27,425 bases of DNA from Promethearchaeota archaeon (GTDB lineage: Archaea; Asgardarchaeota; Lokiarchaeia; Sigyniarchaeales; SOKP01), in NCBI GenBank assembly GCA_016839745.1, contig JAEOTS010000076.1:1-27425 (forward strand), in the 5' to 3' direction. Below the pieces are notes generated by a model. That model saw only the letters and a list, made by a program, of their open reading frames with translations. It was not told where the DNA came from and searched no databases. Position numbers and translations under genes: made by a program. Positions within the stretch are counted from its first letter, which is position 1; each line of letters begins with the position of its first letter. Shown one piece after another: positions 1 to 8,347 of this stretch.

Positions 1-1874
1 TAGGATGTTAAGAAAGCAGGTTTATTTCGAAAGATAATATTTTTGTTATAGACTTCTAACCAAATTATGCTACCATCCTTGTGAATTCCTCGAGCTTCAT
101 AATATTGAAAACTATCTTTATTCTGCTTACCAATTTTAGCAGCAAATTCAATAATTTTTTTTTTATCCTCAGGATAGATAGTTTTAAAGAATTCTCCGGA
201 AGGCCAACCCAATAATTCATTTATTGAATATCCTAGAATATCCGCAAGTGTTTTATTGACATATTTTATCTTTTCATCTTGGATAATAGATATTCCCATT
301 AAAGATTGCTCAGTAATCGTACGGAACTGTTCTTCAGATTCTTTTATTCTTTCTTCAGCTTTAACCATCTCAGTAACGTCATGGACTATACTTCGCATGC
401 CTACAATTTTTGAATCCTTATAAATCGGAGTAGCATTAATAGTTCCGTAAAAAAGAGTCCCGTCTTTTTTTCTTAATTGCATAATACCCGGCTCGACAGT
501 TTTACCTCTAAATATCAGGCCAAGGTTCCTTATAGCTTCCTCTCTATCTTCTTCAAGTATGAAATCATTGGCACTTAATCCTTTTTTGAAGTCTTCATGA
601 GAATATCCGAATATTTCTGAAGCGATTGCATTGGTATAGACTAATTTAAAATTTAAATCAATTTCAAAGATAACTTCTGGCAATGAGTTTGCTAAATCTT
701 TATATTTCTTTTCAGACTCAACTAATTTTTGAGCAGCTTCCTTTCTTTCACTTATATCTCTTGAAATTGTGAGAACATAGTTTTTGCCATCTTGATTTTT
801 ATAGTAATCAGCAGTTGTTTCCATCCAGACATATTTACCATTATTATTTCTAATCCTTACTTCAATTGACTTATATCTGTCTTTTAATGCCCTAATGACT
901 AATTCTCGATCATCTGGATGAATAAGATCTAATGCTTTTGTACCTAATAAATCCTCTGAAGAATATCCCATCAATCTTTTATGAGCTTTTTCATTAATAT
1001 AATTTATTTTTAAGTGATTATCAACCACTGTTATTAAATCTTGGGCATTTTCTGATAATAATCTATATTTTTCTTTCGATTCTTTTATTTTTTCCTGAGT
1101 AATTTTCATCTCTGTAATGTCGTGAATTATACACCTGACTCCGATAACTCTTTTGTCTTTAAAAATTCGGCTTGCGTAAACATTAGCAAAAAAGGATGTT
1201 CCATCTTTTCTCTTTAAATTCAACATTAGTGGTTTTACATATTCTCCCCTAAAAATTTTCTTAGTTTGTTTTAGAACCAATTCTTTATCATTTGATGATA
1301 CGAATTGAAAAATATTCATGCCCTCTCTGAATTCTTCCTTTGTATACCCGAATTTTTTAGAAGCGACTAAATTGGTATAGGTTAAATTAAAAGCTAAGTC
1401 AATATCAAAAATAACCTCTGGAAGAGAATCCGCTAGAACTCGATATTTTTCTTCAGATTCTTTTACTTCTTGTTCTAAACTTTTACGTAGGCTTATGTCT
1501 TGTGTTAAGACTTGTATATAGCTATTTTTATCAAGCTCTATTTTCGATGCAACAACATTAACCCAAATAAGTTTTTTATCTTTGTTATAGATTTTAATAT
1601 CTTCCGGGCCAAATATACCTCCCTTGAATAAATGTGTGAAGACTTTTTTCATACGGACCATTTTCTCTTCGGGAACTGCGTAGAGTTCGGTAAATTTACG
1701 ACCAATTAAGATTTCTCTTTTAAATCCAAAAAGATTTAAAGTGGCAGAATTCACTTCCACAACTTGACCACTAATATCTATCAGTACAATAGAAATTGGA
1801 GTTTTGTCAAAAAGTAGTTTATAATTATCTTGAAGGAGGAAGGATTCCTCTGCTTCATTATTAGGGCTTGTCAA
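1..1874 (-). CDS. Multi-PAS/PAC sensor protein (at least 5 PAS domains), probably the N-terminal part of a sensor histidine kinase; runs off the window edge
   Basis: Not in the ORF track. Minus-strand frame starts at TTG 1874 (MTSPNNEAEESFLLQDNYKLLFDKTPISIVLID...), with an in-frame TAA just upstream. It has repeated ESEEKYR-type linkers (ESEEKYRVLADSLPEVIF, ESKEKYRLLSENAQDLI, ESEKKYKDLANSLPEVIF, ESEEQFRTITEQSLMGI) and PAC motifs (RKDG...HDITE). About 624 aa are visible and the output domain lies outside the window. Confidence 0.9.
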   Translation of the reverse strand, partial: MTSPNNEAEESFLLQDNYKLLFDKTPISIVLIDISGQVVEVNSATLNLFGFKREILIGRKFTELYAVPEEKMVRMKKVFTHLFKGGIFGPEDIKIYNKDKKLIWVNVVASKIELDKNSYIQVLTQDISLRKSLEQEVKESEEKYRVLADSLPEVIFDIDLAFNLTYTNLVASKKFGYTKEEFREGMNIFQFVSSNDKELVLKQTKKIFRGEYVKPLMLNLKRKDGTSFFANVYASRIFKDKRVIGVRCIIHDITEMKITQEKIKESKEKYRLLSENAQDLITVVDNHLKINYINEKAHKRLMGYSSEDLLGTKALDLIHPDDRELVIRALKDRYKSIEVRIRNNNGKYVWMETTADYYKNQDGKNYVLTISRDISERKEAAQKLVESEKKYKDLANSLPEVIFEIDLNFKLVYTNAIASEIFGYSHEDFKKGLSANDFILEEDREEAIRNLGLIFRGKTVEPGIMQLRKKDGTLFYGTINATPIYKDSKIVGMRSIVHDVTEMVKAEERIKESEEQFRTITEQSLMGISIIQDEKIKYVNKTLADILGYSINELLGWPSGEFFKTIYPEDKKKIIEFAAKIGKQNKDSFQYYEARGIHKDGSIIWLEVYNKNIIFRNKPAFLTS

Positions 1875-2004
1875 AATTCTTAATTAATAAGACTCTAATT
1901 CATTCTATTTTCAATTTATTAAATTAGTAAACTAATAAATTCAGTATTTTTTAATATTCACTTTATTCTCAATGTGCGTTCGACTATCTTAGAACGAAAA
2001 TTTT

Positions 2005-3528
2005 TTACGAATGTTCCTTCCGATATTCTGAATATTTATAAAGGATTTTCAAACATTTTGTAGGAGCATCCCAGAAGTCAAAAACTGGAATATCATGGGA
2101 CATAAATTTTTGAAACCAAGAAAATCTGTATGGGAATGGTCCACAGAAATAAACAGGAATAGAGAACTTCTTCATTAGCCGCTTTATAGGTTTTAATACC
2201 GATCTATCTAGCATTAAAGCCATATTTTTCATATTATCATCAATTATCATTCCAGAACTTTCAATTGTCTCTAGCACATCATTAAAGTCGAAAAGACCCC
2301 AGATGATAATGCTATCTACTTCTCCAGATTTCATCAATATCTTTGGAAATTTATAAAACAAGTTTAGAAAGTTTACATCGAAGGTAACATCTATAGGATT
2401 GTTTGCACTTGCGGTAAATGGTATTAACTCTGATATTTCAGCCTTCAACTGAGCAGAAAATTCTGGAACCTCTAATCCATACAATTCTGAGGTTTTTGCC
2501 ATCATTGAGCCGCTCCCTCCTGAGTCGGTAATAATTCCAACCCGTTTGTCTTTCATAAATACATTGTATTTTTGAGCGAACGATAATGTCCTCAAATAAT
2601 ATAAGAAGTCTGTAATTGAATTAGTTGGGATTATGCCAGTATCCTTGAAAACTGCATTATATATTTTCTGATTACCGCTTAAAGACCCTGTGTGACTTTT
2701 GATAGACCTGTTTGCTGCTTTAGTACCTCCAGTGTAAATTGCCACTATTGGTTTTTTAGGTGTGATTTCCTTTACTATTTTAATAAATTCCTTTCCTCGT
2801 TTGATTTCTTCAATATAAAGTCCTATTACTTCGGTAAAGGGGTCATTCTTAAAGTAGTGTAAAAAATCAACCATATCGATATTTCTTTCATTACCTATTG
2901 AAATCGATTTGCTAATATTTACACCCATTTCTTTAGCATGCCAGAAAGTTTGGGCCGCCACTGTACCTGATTGGCTTATTAACGAAATATTTCCCCTTTT
3001 TGGAGTAGCATATGGCCAAAATGTATTAATATAGGAACTTTCTTTTTCAGGAAACCCATACCACGCATTATAGATACCTAGACAATTAGGACCAATAAAA
3101 CGTATGTTATGTTTTCTTGCAATAGTGTCAATCTTTTCCGATAATTTAACTCCTTCGTCTCCAATCTCTCTAAATCCGCCAGAGGTAATTAATAGGTTTT
3201 TAATTCCCTTTTGTCCGCATTCTTCCATAACTTGAGGAACCGCTCTGGTAGGTAATATGAGGAAAGCAAGATCAGGTGTTATTGGGACATCCATTATTGA
3301 TTTATATGCCTTAAATCCTTGAATCGTTTCTAGTCGGGGATGCACGGGATAAATGTTATTAGTAAATCCTCCACCAGCTATAATGTTTCGCAGCTGCATT
3401 GAACCCATTGTTGTAAGTAAATTATTATTAGCTCCAAATACCGCAATACTCCTTGGATTGAGAAATGTATGCAGAAAATGATCCTTATTCAGTTCTTTTT
3501 CGTGGCTTTCAGTCAAATTTAAACTCAA
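2005..3528 (-). CDS. ADP-forming acyl/acetyl-CoA synthetase alpha subunit (CoA-binding and ligase domains, no ATP-grasp)
   Basis: Motifs LNPRSIAVFGA, YPVHP, ITSGGFRE, IGPNCLG, SQSG, SIGNE, the phospho-His motif SHTGSL and NPIDVT. TTG start. Confidence 0.88.
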   Translation of the reverse strand: MSLNLTESHEKELNKDHFLHTFLNPRSIAVFGANNNLLTTMGSMQLRNIIAGGGFTNNIYPVHPRLETIQGFKAYKSIMDVPITPDLAFLILPTRAVPQVMEECGQKGIKNLLITSGGFREIGDEGVKLSEKIDTIARKHNIRFIGPNCLGIYNAWYGFPEKESSYINTFWPYATPKRGNISLISQSGTVAAQTFWHAKEMGVNISKSISIGNERNIDMVDFLHYFKNDPFTEVIGLYIEEIKRGKEFIKIVKEITPKKPIVAIYTGGTKAANRSIKSHTGSLSGNQKIYNAVFKDTGIIPTNSITDFLYYLRTLSFAQKYNVFMKDKRVGIITDSGGSGSMMAKTSELYGLEVPEFSAQLKAEISELIPFTASANNPIDVTFDVNFLNLFYKFPKILMKSGEVDSIIIWGLFDFNDVLETIESSGMIIDDNMKNMALMLDRSVLKPIKRLMKKFSIPVYFCGPFPYRFSWFQKFMSHDIPVFDFWDAPTKCLKILYKYSEYRKEHS

Positions 3529-3697
3529 TTATATGAATTATTTTTATGCAAAATCAATTAATTTTATAAAATTACGCTTGAAATATGAGTTTTTTTTTTC
3601 GACTTTAATTTTGAATGAGTGTTATTTATATAGACCTAAAGTTGAGTTCTAAATTTTTATAATATTAAAAATAAGTAATGAATGTTTAACGGCAAAT

Positions 3698-3904
3698 TTA
3701 TCTCTTGAGTTCTATTTCAGCAGAATAGCCGGGAATAACACCCATATAGGACACATACTTTTTTTCTTTTAATTTCTTTAAAATCAATCTCACGCCTTCA
3801 AATTCTTCCTGACACAATGTTTGGAGTTCCTTGTAGTTCAATTTTCCACCATTTTCTTCTAACTTCTTGATGATGAATTCTTCTTCTATTGATAATTCTG
3901 ACAT
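3698..3904 (-). CDS. Small (68 aa) winged-helix-like hypothetical protein
   Basis: Helix-helix-helix-wing pattern (EEFIIKKLEENGGKLNYKELQ...VRLILKKLKEKKYVSY). Co-oriented just downstream of dut. Confidence 0.65.
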   Translation of the reverse strand: MSELSIEEEFIIKKLEENGGKLNYKELQTLCQEEFEGVRLILKKLKEKKYVSYMGVIPGYSAEIELKR

Positions 3905-3945
3905 AATATTAATGTTTAAGTCTAAGTATTAATATTTAATTCTTA

Positions 3946-4455
3946 TCACTTTTTACCAGTACTACCGAATCCTCCTAACCCACGCTCGGATTCTGGTAGC
4001 TCATCAGTTTCTACGAACTCGTATTGATGGATTTTACCTAGAATTATTTGACATATCCTTTCTCCCCGTCTTAAAGTAACATCTGCATTTGAAAGGTTAA
4101 CAACGATCGCCATCCATTCGTTTCTATACCCGGTATCAATCGTTCCGGGAGAGTTTACAATAGATAGCCCCTCCCACAAACCTAAACCACTACGAGGTAC
4201 GACTCTAAAGTAAAATCCTTCAGGGATAGCTGTTGCAAAACCTAATGAACACCCAATTCGCTCTAAAGGTTTAAGCGAATAGGTGTCAGAATTAACTTCT
4301 ATTAATTCTTTTCTGCCATTTTCGTTAATAATCTTCTTAAAACCCATTATATAGGCATCAGCACCAGCATCTCCTTTCTTTGACGGTTTAGGGACGATAG
4401 CTTCCTTGTTAATTTTCTTAAAAGGAATAGTCATTCTCTCTGAATCCTTTTTCAT
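3946..4455 (-). CDS. dut: Trimeric dUTP diphosphatase
   Basis: All five dUTPase motifs are present: AGAD, PRSG, GTIDTGYR, ERICQ, RGLGGFGSTG. Confidence 0.95.
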   Translation of the reverse strand: MKKDSERMTIPFKKINKEAIVPKPSKKGDAGADAYIMGFKKIINENGRKELIEVNSDTYSLKPLERIGCSLGFATAIPEGFYFRVVPRSGLGLWEGLSIVNSPGTIDTGYRNEWMAIVVNLSNADVTLRRGERICQIILGKIHQYEFVETDELPESERGLGGFGSTGKK

Positions 4456-4605
4456 CTTAATACATCATATATTTCAGAATATAAAAAAGAGTTTTTATTA
4501 AAGAATAATTAAAACTGATAAGAAAAAATATTATAAAACCAGTAATCATTAACAGAATTATCATTTGATGATTTGAGTATTGAAATTATTATTAAGTGAG
4601 AGAAT

Positions 4606-5061
4606 ATGATAGAAACTGATAGATACGACCCTCGATTAGATAGAGAAGCACTTAAAGAGATTTTTGAAGATTTTATTGAAAATAAGTCTTATTTCATATC
4701 AACTTGGAAGGAATTTGAAAAAGAATTAAATAAAAGAGTTTTGGACCTTCAATATCGTAATTCTATGATAGTTGCTAAAGTAGAAGGAGAAATTGTTGGT
4801 TGGGGGACCTATACCTTAATTGAAGATTACTTAGGTAATAAGAGAGCTCTTATCCACCAAATTCTAACTAAAAAGGAAAATTCCTATAGAAAGGGAATTG
4901 AAGAACAAATAATTCGAGAATTAAAATTATATATTAAAAGAACTCTTAATTTAGATAAGGTATTTTTAATTTGCCAAGATTCAGATAGCGCTTTAAGAAA
5001 TTTAGTTATGAAACTAGGTGCGAAAAAATCAAAGGATTTTTGGTATGAAAACGAAATCTGA
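4606..5061 (+). CDS. GNAT-fold N-acetyltransferase-like protein (degenerate motifs)
   Basis: Beta-strands IVAKVEGEIVGW and ALIHQI, a motif-A-like YRKGI and a C-terminal KLG motif. Confidence 0.7.
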   Translation: MIETDRYDPRLDREALKEIFEDFIENKSYFISTWKEFEKELNKRVLDLQYRNSMIVAKVEGEIVGWGTYTLIEDYLGNKRALIHQILTKKENSYRKGIEEQIIRELKLYIKRTLNLDKVFLICQDSDSALRNLVMKLGAKKSKDFWYENEI

Positions 5062-5071
5062 GTGAAAATTC

Positions 5072-5818
5072 TTGACTGATAAAGAAAAATTGATTGAAAA
5101 AGCGAGAGTCCTAATAAAAAATGAAGAATTCGAAAAGGCAATAAAGATTTTAGAAGAGTTTTATCAACAACAGCCTGATACCGACATTAAAAATAACCTA
5201 ATAGAAGCTTTTTTTACGTATGGTGGATACTTAAATGATGACTATGTTTTAGAGTACGAGAAATCAATTAATTTTTTCAAACGGATATTAGATCTCGACC
5301 CAGAAAACTATAGGACACATTATAATCTAGGGATTGCATATTTCAATTTAAGCCGCTTTGAAGAGGCTTTAAACTCTTTTAAAATTGCGATTTCGATCAA
5401 ACCTGATTATAAACATAGCTATTATAACATCGGTTTACTCTATGAAGCAACCGAAAATTTAGAGAGTGCTGTAGAAGCTTACGAGAAAGCTTTAGAAATT
5501 GATCCTAATTTTATTTACGCCATGCACGCACTAAAGGCAGTTAAATTGAATTTGGATAATTATGTGAAAACCAAAAGTAAAAACCAAGAGAATAAGGATA
5601 CTATTGAGAAATTGATATCTTTATTAAGTATGTCAAAGCGAGTAAGATTTGATATGATACAAGAAATCCTTAACGTGAATAAAGAAACTCTTTTAGAGAT
5701 TATTATTAATTGGGGAAAGAAAAATTACTGCGTAATCGATGGCGATTATCTAATTATAAATAAAGAATTCCAAACTCAATTTTTCGAGGACCTAAATCAA
5801 GGTGGCACAGGAATTTAA
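5072..5818 (+). CDS. TPR-repeat protein with a C-terminal small winged-helix-like domain
   Basis: TPR units (HYNLGIAYFNLSRFEEALNSFKIAISIKPDY; YYNIGLLYEATENLESAVEAYEKALEIDPNF), followed by RVRFDMIQEIL...W...IDGDYLII. TTG start 10 nt after the GNAT stop. Confidence 0.85.
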   Translation: MTDKEKLIEKARVLIKNEEFEKAIKILEEFYQQQPDTDIKNNLIEAFFTYGGYLNDDYVLEYEKSINFFKRILDLDPENYRTHYNLGIAYFNLSRFEEALNSFKIAISIKPDYKHSYYNIGLLYEATENLESAVEAYEKALEIDPNFIYAMHALKAVKLNLDNYVKTKSKNQENKDTIEKLISLLSMSKRVRFDMIQEILNVNKETLLEIIINWGKKNYCVIDGDYLIINKEFQTQFFEDLNQGGTGI

Positions 5819-5828
5819 CTCAATTAGA

Positions 5829-5936
5829 TTATTTTTTCAAGAGTTTATTGTTTATAACGCAACATGCGATAATAACAATTAAAGTTACAATTCCCGCGAC
5901 AATATACCCCCCGTAGGTATCTAAAAGCGCGTCCAT
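5829..5936 (-). CDS. Unannotated 35-aa single-pass membrane peptide
   Basis: ATG at 5936 to TAA at 5829 gives MDALLDTYGGYIVAGIVTLIVIIACCVINNKLLKK: one hydrophobic helix and a basic tail. The stretch is more GC-rich than the AT-rich intergenic DNA upstream of it. Confidence 0.6.
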   Translation of the reverse strand: MDALLDTYGGYIVAGIVTLIVIIACCVINNKLLKK

Positions 5937-6087
5937 AATATTTTCTTGGTTTTTTCAAATTTTGAAAATTTATTTTATATGAAAATCTAAGCCAAGAATG
6001 TTTTTAAAATTAATTTATAAAAATAATAGAATTTGGAATATATTAGCAGAAATAGAAAAAAAATAGAAAAAATAATTTATAAACTCT

Positions 6088-6294
6088 TTACCGCTCAATC
6101 TGGAAGTTAACTTGTACTCGAACTCTATATATGAGCTTGTCTTGATCTTCTTTTACCTTGACATCTGATTCGACAATTTGGATATTTCTTATACCACGAA
6201 GTGATTTTTTAGCTTCATCGAAAGCAACTCTTACCGCATCAGCCCAATTTTTATCGCTTGTAGCTACTAATTGAATACTTTTATATACTGTAAT
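6088..6294 (-). CDS. Dodecin family protein (calcium-dodecin/Rv0379-like), probable ATT start
   Basis: Not in the ORF track. Translation: (M)TVYKSIQLVATSDKNWADAVRVAFDEAKKSLRGIRNIQIVESDVKVKEDQDKLIYRVRVQVNFQIER. This matches the dodecin pattern VYK.I.L..TS...W..A...A...A..SLR...YRV...V.F. An AAGGTGA SD lies 6 nt upstream of ATT. Confidence 0.9.
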   Translation of the reverse strand: MTVYKSIQLVATSDKNWADAVRVAFDEAKKSLRGIRNIQIVESDVKVKEDQDKLIYRVRVQVNFQIER

Positions 6295-6300
6295 TATATT

Positions 6301-6307
6301 TCACCTT
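6301..6307 (-). promoter_or_regulatory. Shine-Dalgarno-like AAGGTGA of the dodecin gene
   Basis: The reverse complement of tcacctt matches the archaeal GGAGGTGA consensus and sits 6 nt before the ATT codon. Confidence 0.65.
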
Positions 6308-6455
6308 CTAATTATTATAATATTAATTTTATTGTAAAAATTATAGTAAGACTAATTGTTTTTTTTTATTATTTAAATATTTCTAGAATAAATTCTTAAA
6401 TAAATAAAAGAATAGAAAAAAAAAAGAAAAAGAATATTTATGTCGAAATTTTTAA

Positions 6456-7733
6456 TTAGGCATCAATATTTTCGATAATCGTTGCTACTCCCTGTCCTCC
6501 TCCTACACATGCGTTAGCGACCCCATATTTCGCTTTTTTATCTTTTAAGATTCGTGCTAAGGTTCCAGGTAATCTTATCATTGTAGCCCCTAATGGATGA
6601 CCAATAGCCGTGGAACCACCCATGACATTTACTTTTTCTTCAGGAATGTTAAAATGTTTCATGCAGTTTAAAGCAACTATAGTGAACGCTTCATTAATTT
6701 CCCAATAATCTATGTCATCAGCGGTCAATCCTGCGTGTTTTAGAGCCATTTCAGTTGCAGGCACTGGACCACGACCCATAACGCTAGGTTCAACACCAGC
6801 CCAACCAAGCGATACTATTCTTGCCATAGGTTCCAATCCTCGCTTTTTAGCTTCCTCAGCTTCCATCATAAGACAAGTAGTTGCACCTGCGTTCAATGGA
6901 GACGAATTTCCAGCGGTTATTACTCCCTCTGAAGTGCCTTCTCTTTCTTTGTAGCCTGCTCTGCCTCCATTCTTTTCCAAATAAAATGGTTTTGACAATC
7001 GCCGTAATCCAGCAACACTTTCAAGGGTTGATTTTCTCGCAGCTAAATCCTTCTCTACCATCATTGGTTCTTCAATATTACCATCCACATGGCCTTCAAT
7101 ACCTATAATTTCGCCTTTAAACCAACCAGCATCATGATTATCAACCGTTAAGTTATGGGATCTTACACCAAATTTGTCCATATCTTCTTTCGTGAAGTTA
7201 GGTATTTCCTCTTCATATAGTTTCTGAGCTGTTTGCAACATATTAATTGTTGTCATGATATCATATTGGGGTCGATACCATTTGTGCTTTTTATTTACCA
7301 TTCCTAAATTTGGATTAACATGGGTATTTTGCATGTCAACACGAGTCATATGTTCAACTCCTGCTGCTAAGCAGATTTTACTGTATCCTGTCATGATTTC
7401 CATAATCCCAACATGCATTCCACTTCCAGCGGAGCCGCATTGTCGATCAACAAACATGGCAGGTACTGTTACAGGAAATTCTGCTAGAAATAACGGAAGT
7501 CTACCCCCATAAGTCCAATTTTCATAAACTCCCATAGCGGTTCCTACGGTAAACTCATCAATATCCTTTTTTTCGATGCCTTTATCTGCTAATTTCTGAT
7601 CAAAAAACTTCATCAATAATGTAGCTAATAGTTCATCGCTTCTGATCTCACCAAAAACATCTCTCTCGGGTTGTTTTGGTCTAGACCTAGAAAAACCTGT
7701 TCGTGCGTAATCAATTAACCATACTTCTTTCAT
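6456..7733 (-). CDS. Thiolase (acetyl-CoA C-acyltransferase)
   Basis: Catalytic RQCGS, NEAF, GHPLGA and ACVGGGQG motifs, plus TAGNSS. Confidence 0.95.
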   Translation of the reverse strand: MKEVWLIDYARTGFSRSRPKQPERDVFGEIRSDELLATLLMKFFDQKLADKGIEKKDIDEFTVGTAMGVYENWTYGGRLPLFLAEFPVTVPAMFVDRQCGSAGSGMHVGIMEIMTGYSKICLAAGVEHMTRVDMQNTHVNPNLGMVNKKHKWYRPQYDIMTTINMLQTAQKLYEEEIPNFTKEDMDKFGVRSHNLTVDNHDAGWFKGEIIGIEGHVDGNIEEPMMVEKDLAARKSTLESVAGLRRLSKPFYLEKNGGRAGYKEREGTSEGVITAGNSSPLNAGATTCLMMEAEEAKKRGLEPMARIVSLGWAGVEPSVMGRGPVPATEMALKHAGLTADDIDYWEINEAFTIVALNCMKHFNIPEEKVNVMGGSTAIGHPLGATMIRLPGTLARILKDKKAKYGVANACVGGGQGVATIIENIDA

Positions 7734-7944
7734 ATTTTTGTATCCCTCATATTTTATAATATTTTTAAAACAAAATTTTCAATAATTTTTTTATATTAAA
7801 TTATGAAGGTTCAAAAATGTATTAAAGTTTTTGTTGATAAGTCTATGGAACTTTAAACATTCAATTACTCATTATGATAATTTAACTAAAAATTATTAAG
7901 ATTTTATTAGTATGATTTTTATTTTTGGAACATTTAGTTAAAAT

Positions 7945-8343
7945 ATGGCAGACACGATTGTATCAATCATTGCTGGATCTAAATCAGATAAAGATGTTTA
8001 CGAAAAAGCAGAAAAAGTATTGAAAGAAAATAACATCCCTTATGAACTTAAAATAATTTCTGCACACCGGGATCCAGACAAATTAGACGAATATTTAAAA
8101 AGGTGCCAATCCTTAGTATATATTACAGTTGCAGGATTGTCTGCAGCTTTACCCGGCGTTGTAGCTTCAAAAACAGATAAACCCGTTATCGGAGTGCCTG
8201 TTAGTGCTAAATTAGGGGGATTAGACGCGCTATTATCTATTGTCCAAATGCCTCCCAGAATCCCTGTGGCTTGCGTAGGAATAGATAGAGGTGAAAATGC
8301 AGCGTATTTAGCTATGAGGATTCTCAATTTGTCCAAGAAATAA
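7945..8343 (+). CDS. purE: PurE (AIR carboxylase / N5-CAIR mutase), short form
   Basis: Motifs [36 protein letters not shown] and NAA. Confidence 0.92.
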   Translation: MADTIVSIIAGSKSDKDVYEKAEKVLKENNIPYELKIISAHRDPDKLDEYLKRCQSLVYITVAGLSAALPGVVASKTDKPVIGVPVSAKLGGLDALLSIVQMPPRIPVACVGIDRGENAAYLAMRILNLSKK

Positions 8344-8347
8344 TACT

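Noticed and set aside
6047-6075. Short repeated AATAGAAAAA units, and similar A/T tracts at about 6410-6432 and 9071-9082
   Set aside because: These are low-complexity tracts consistent with oligo-T terminators of minus-strand genes. They are not CRISPR or true tandem repeats.
6295-6330. In-frame TGA just upstream of the dodecin read as selenocysteine or readthrough
   Set aside because: The TGA is part of the SD motif. The upstream frame is AT-rich and non-protein-like, and dodecin homology begins right at the ATT.
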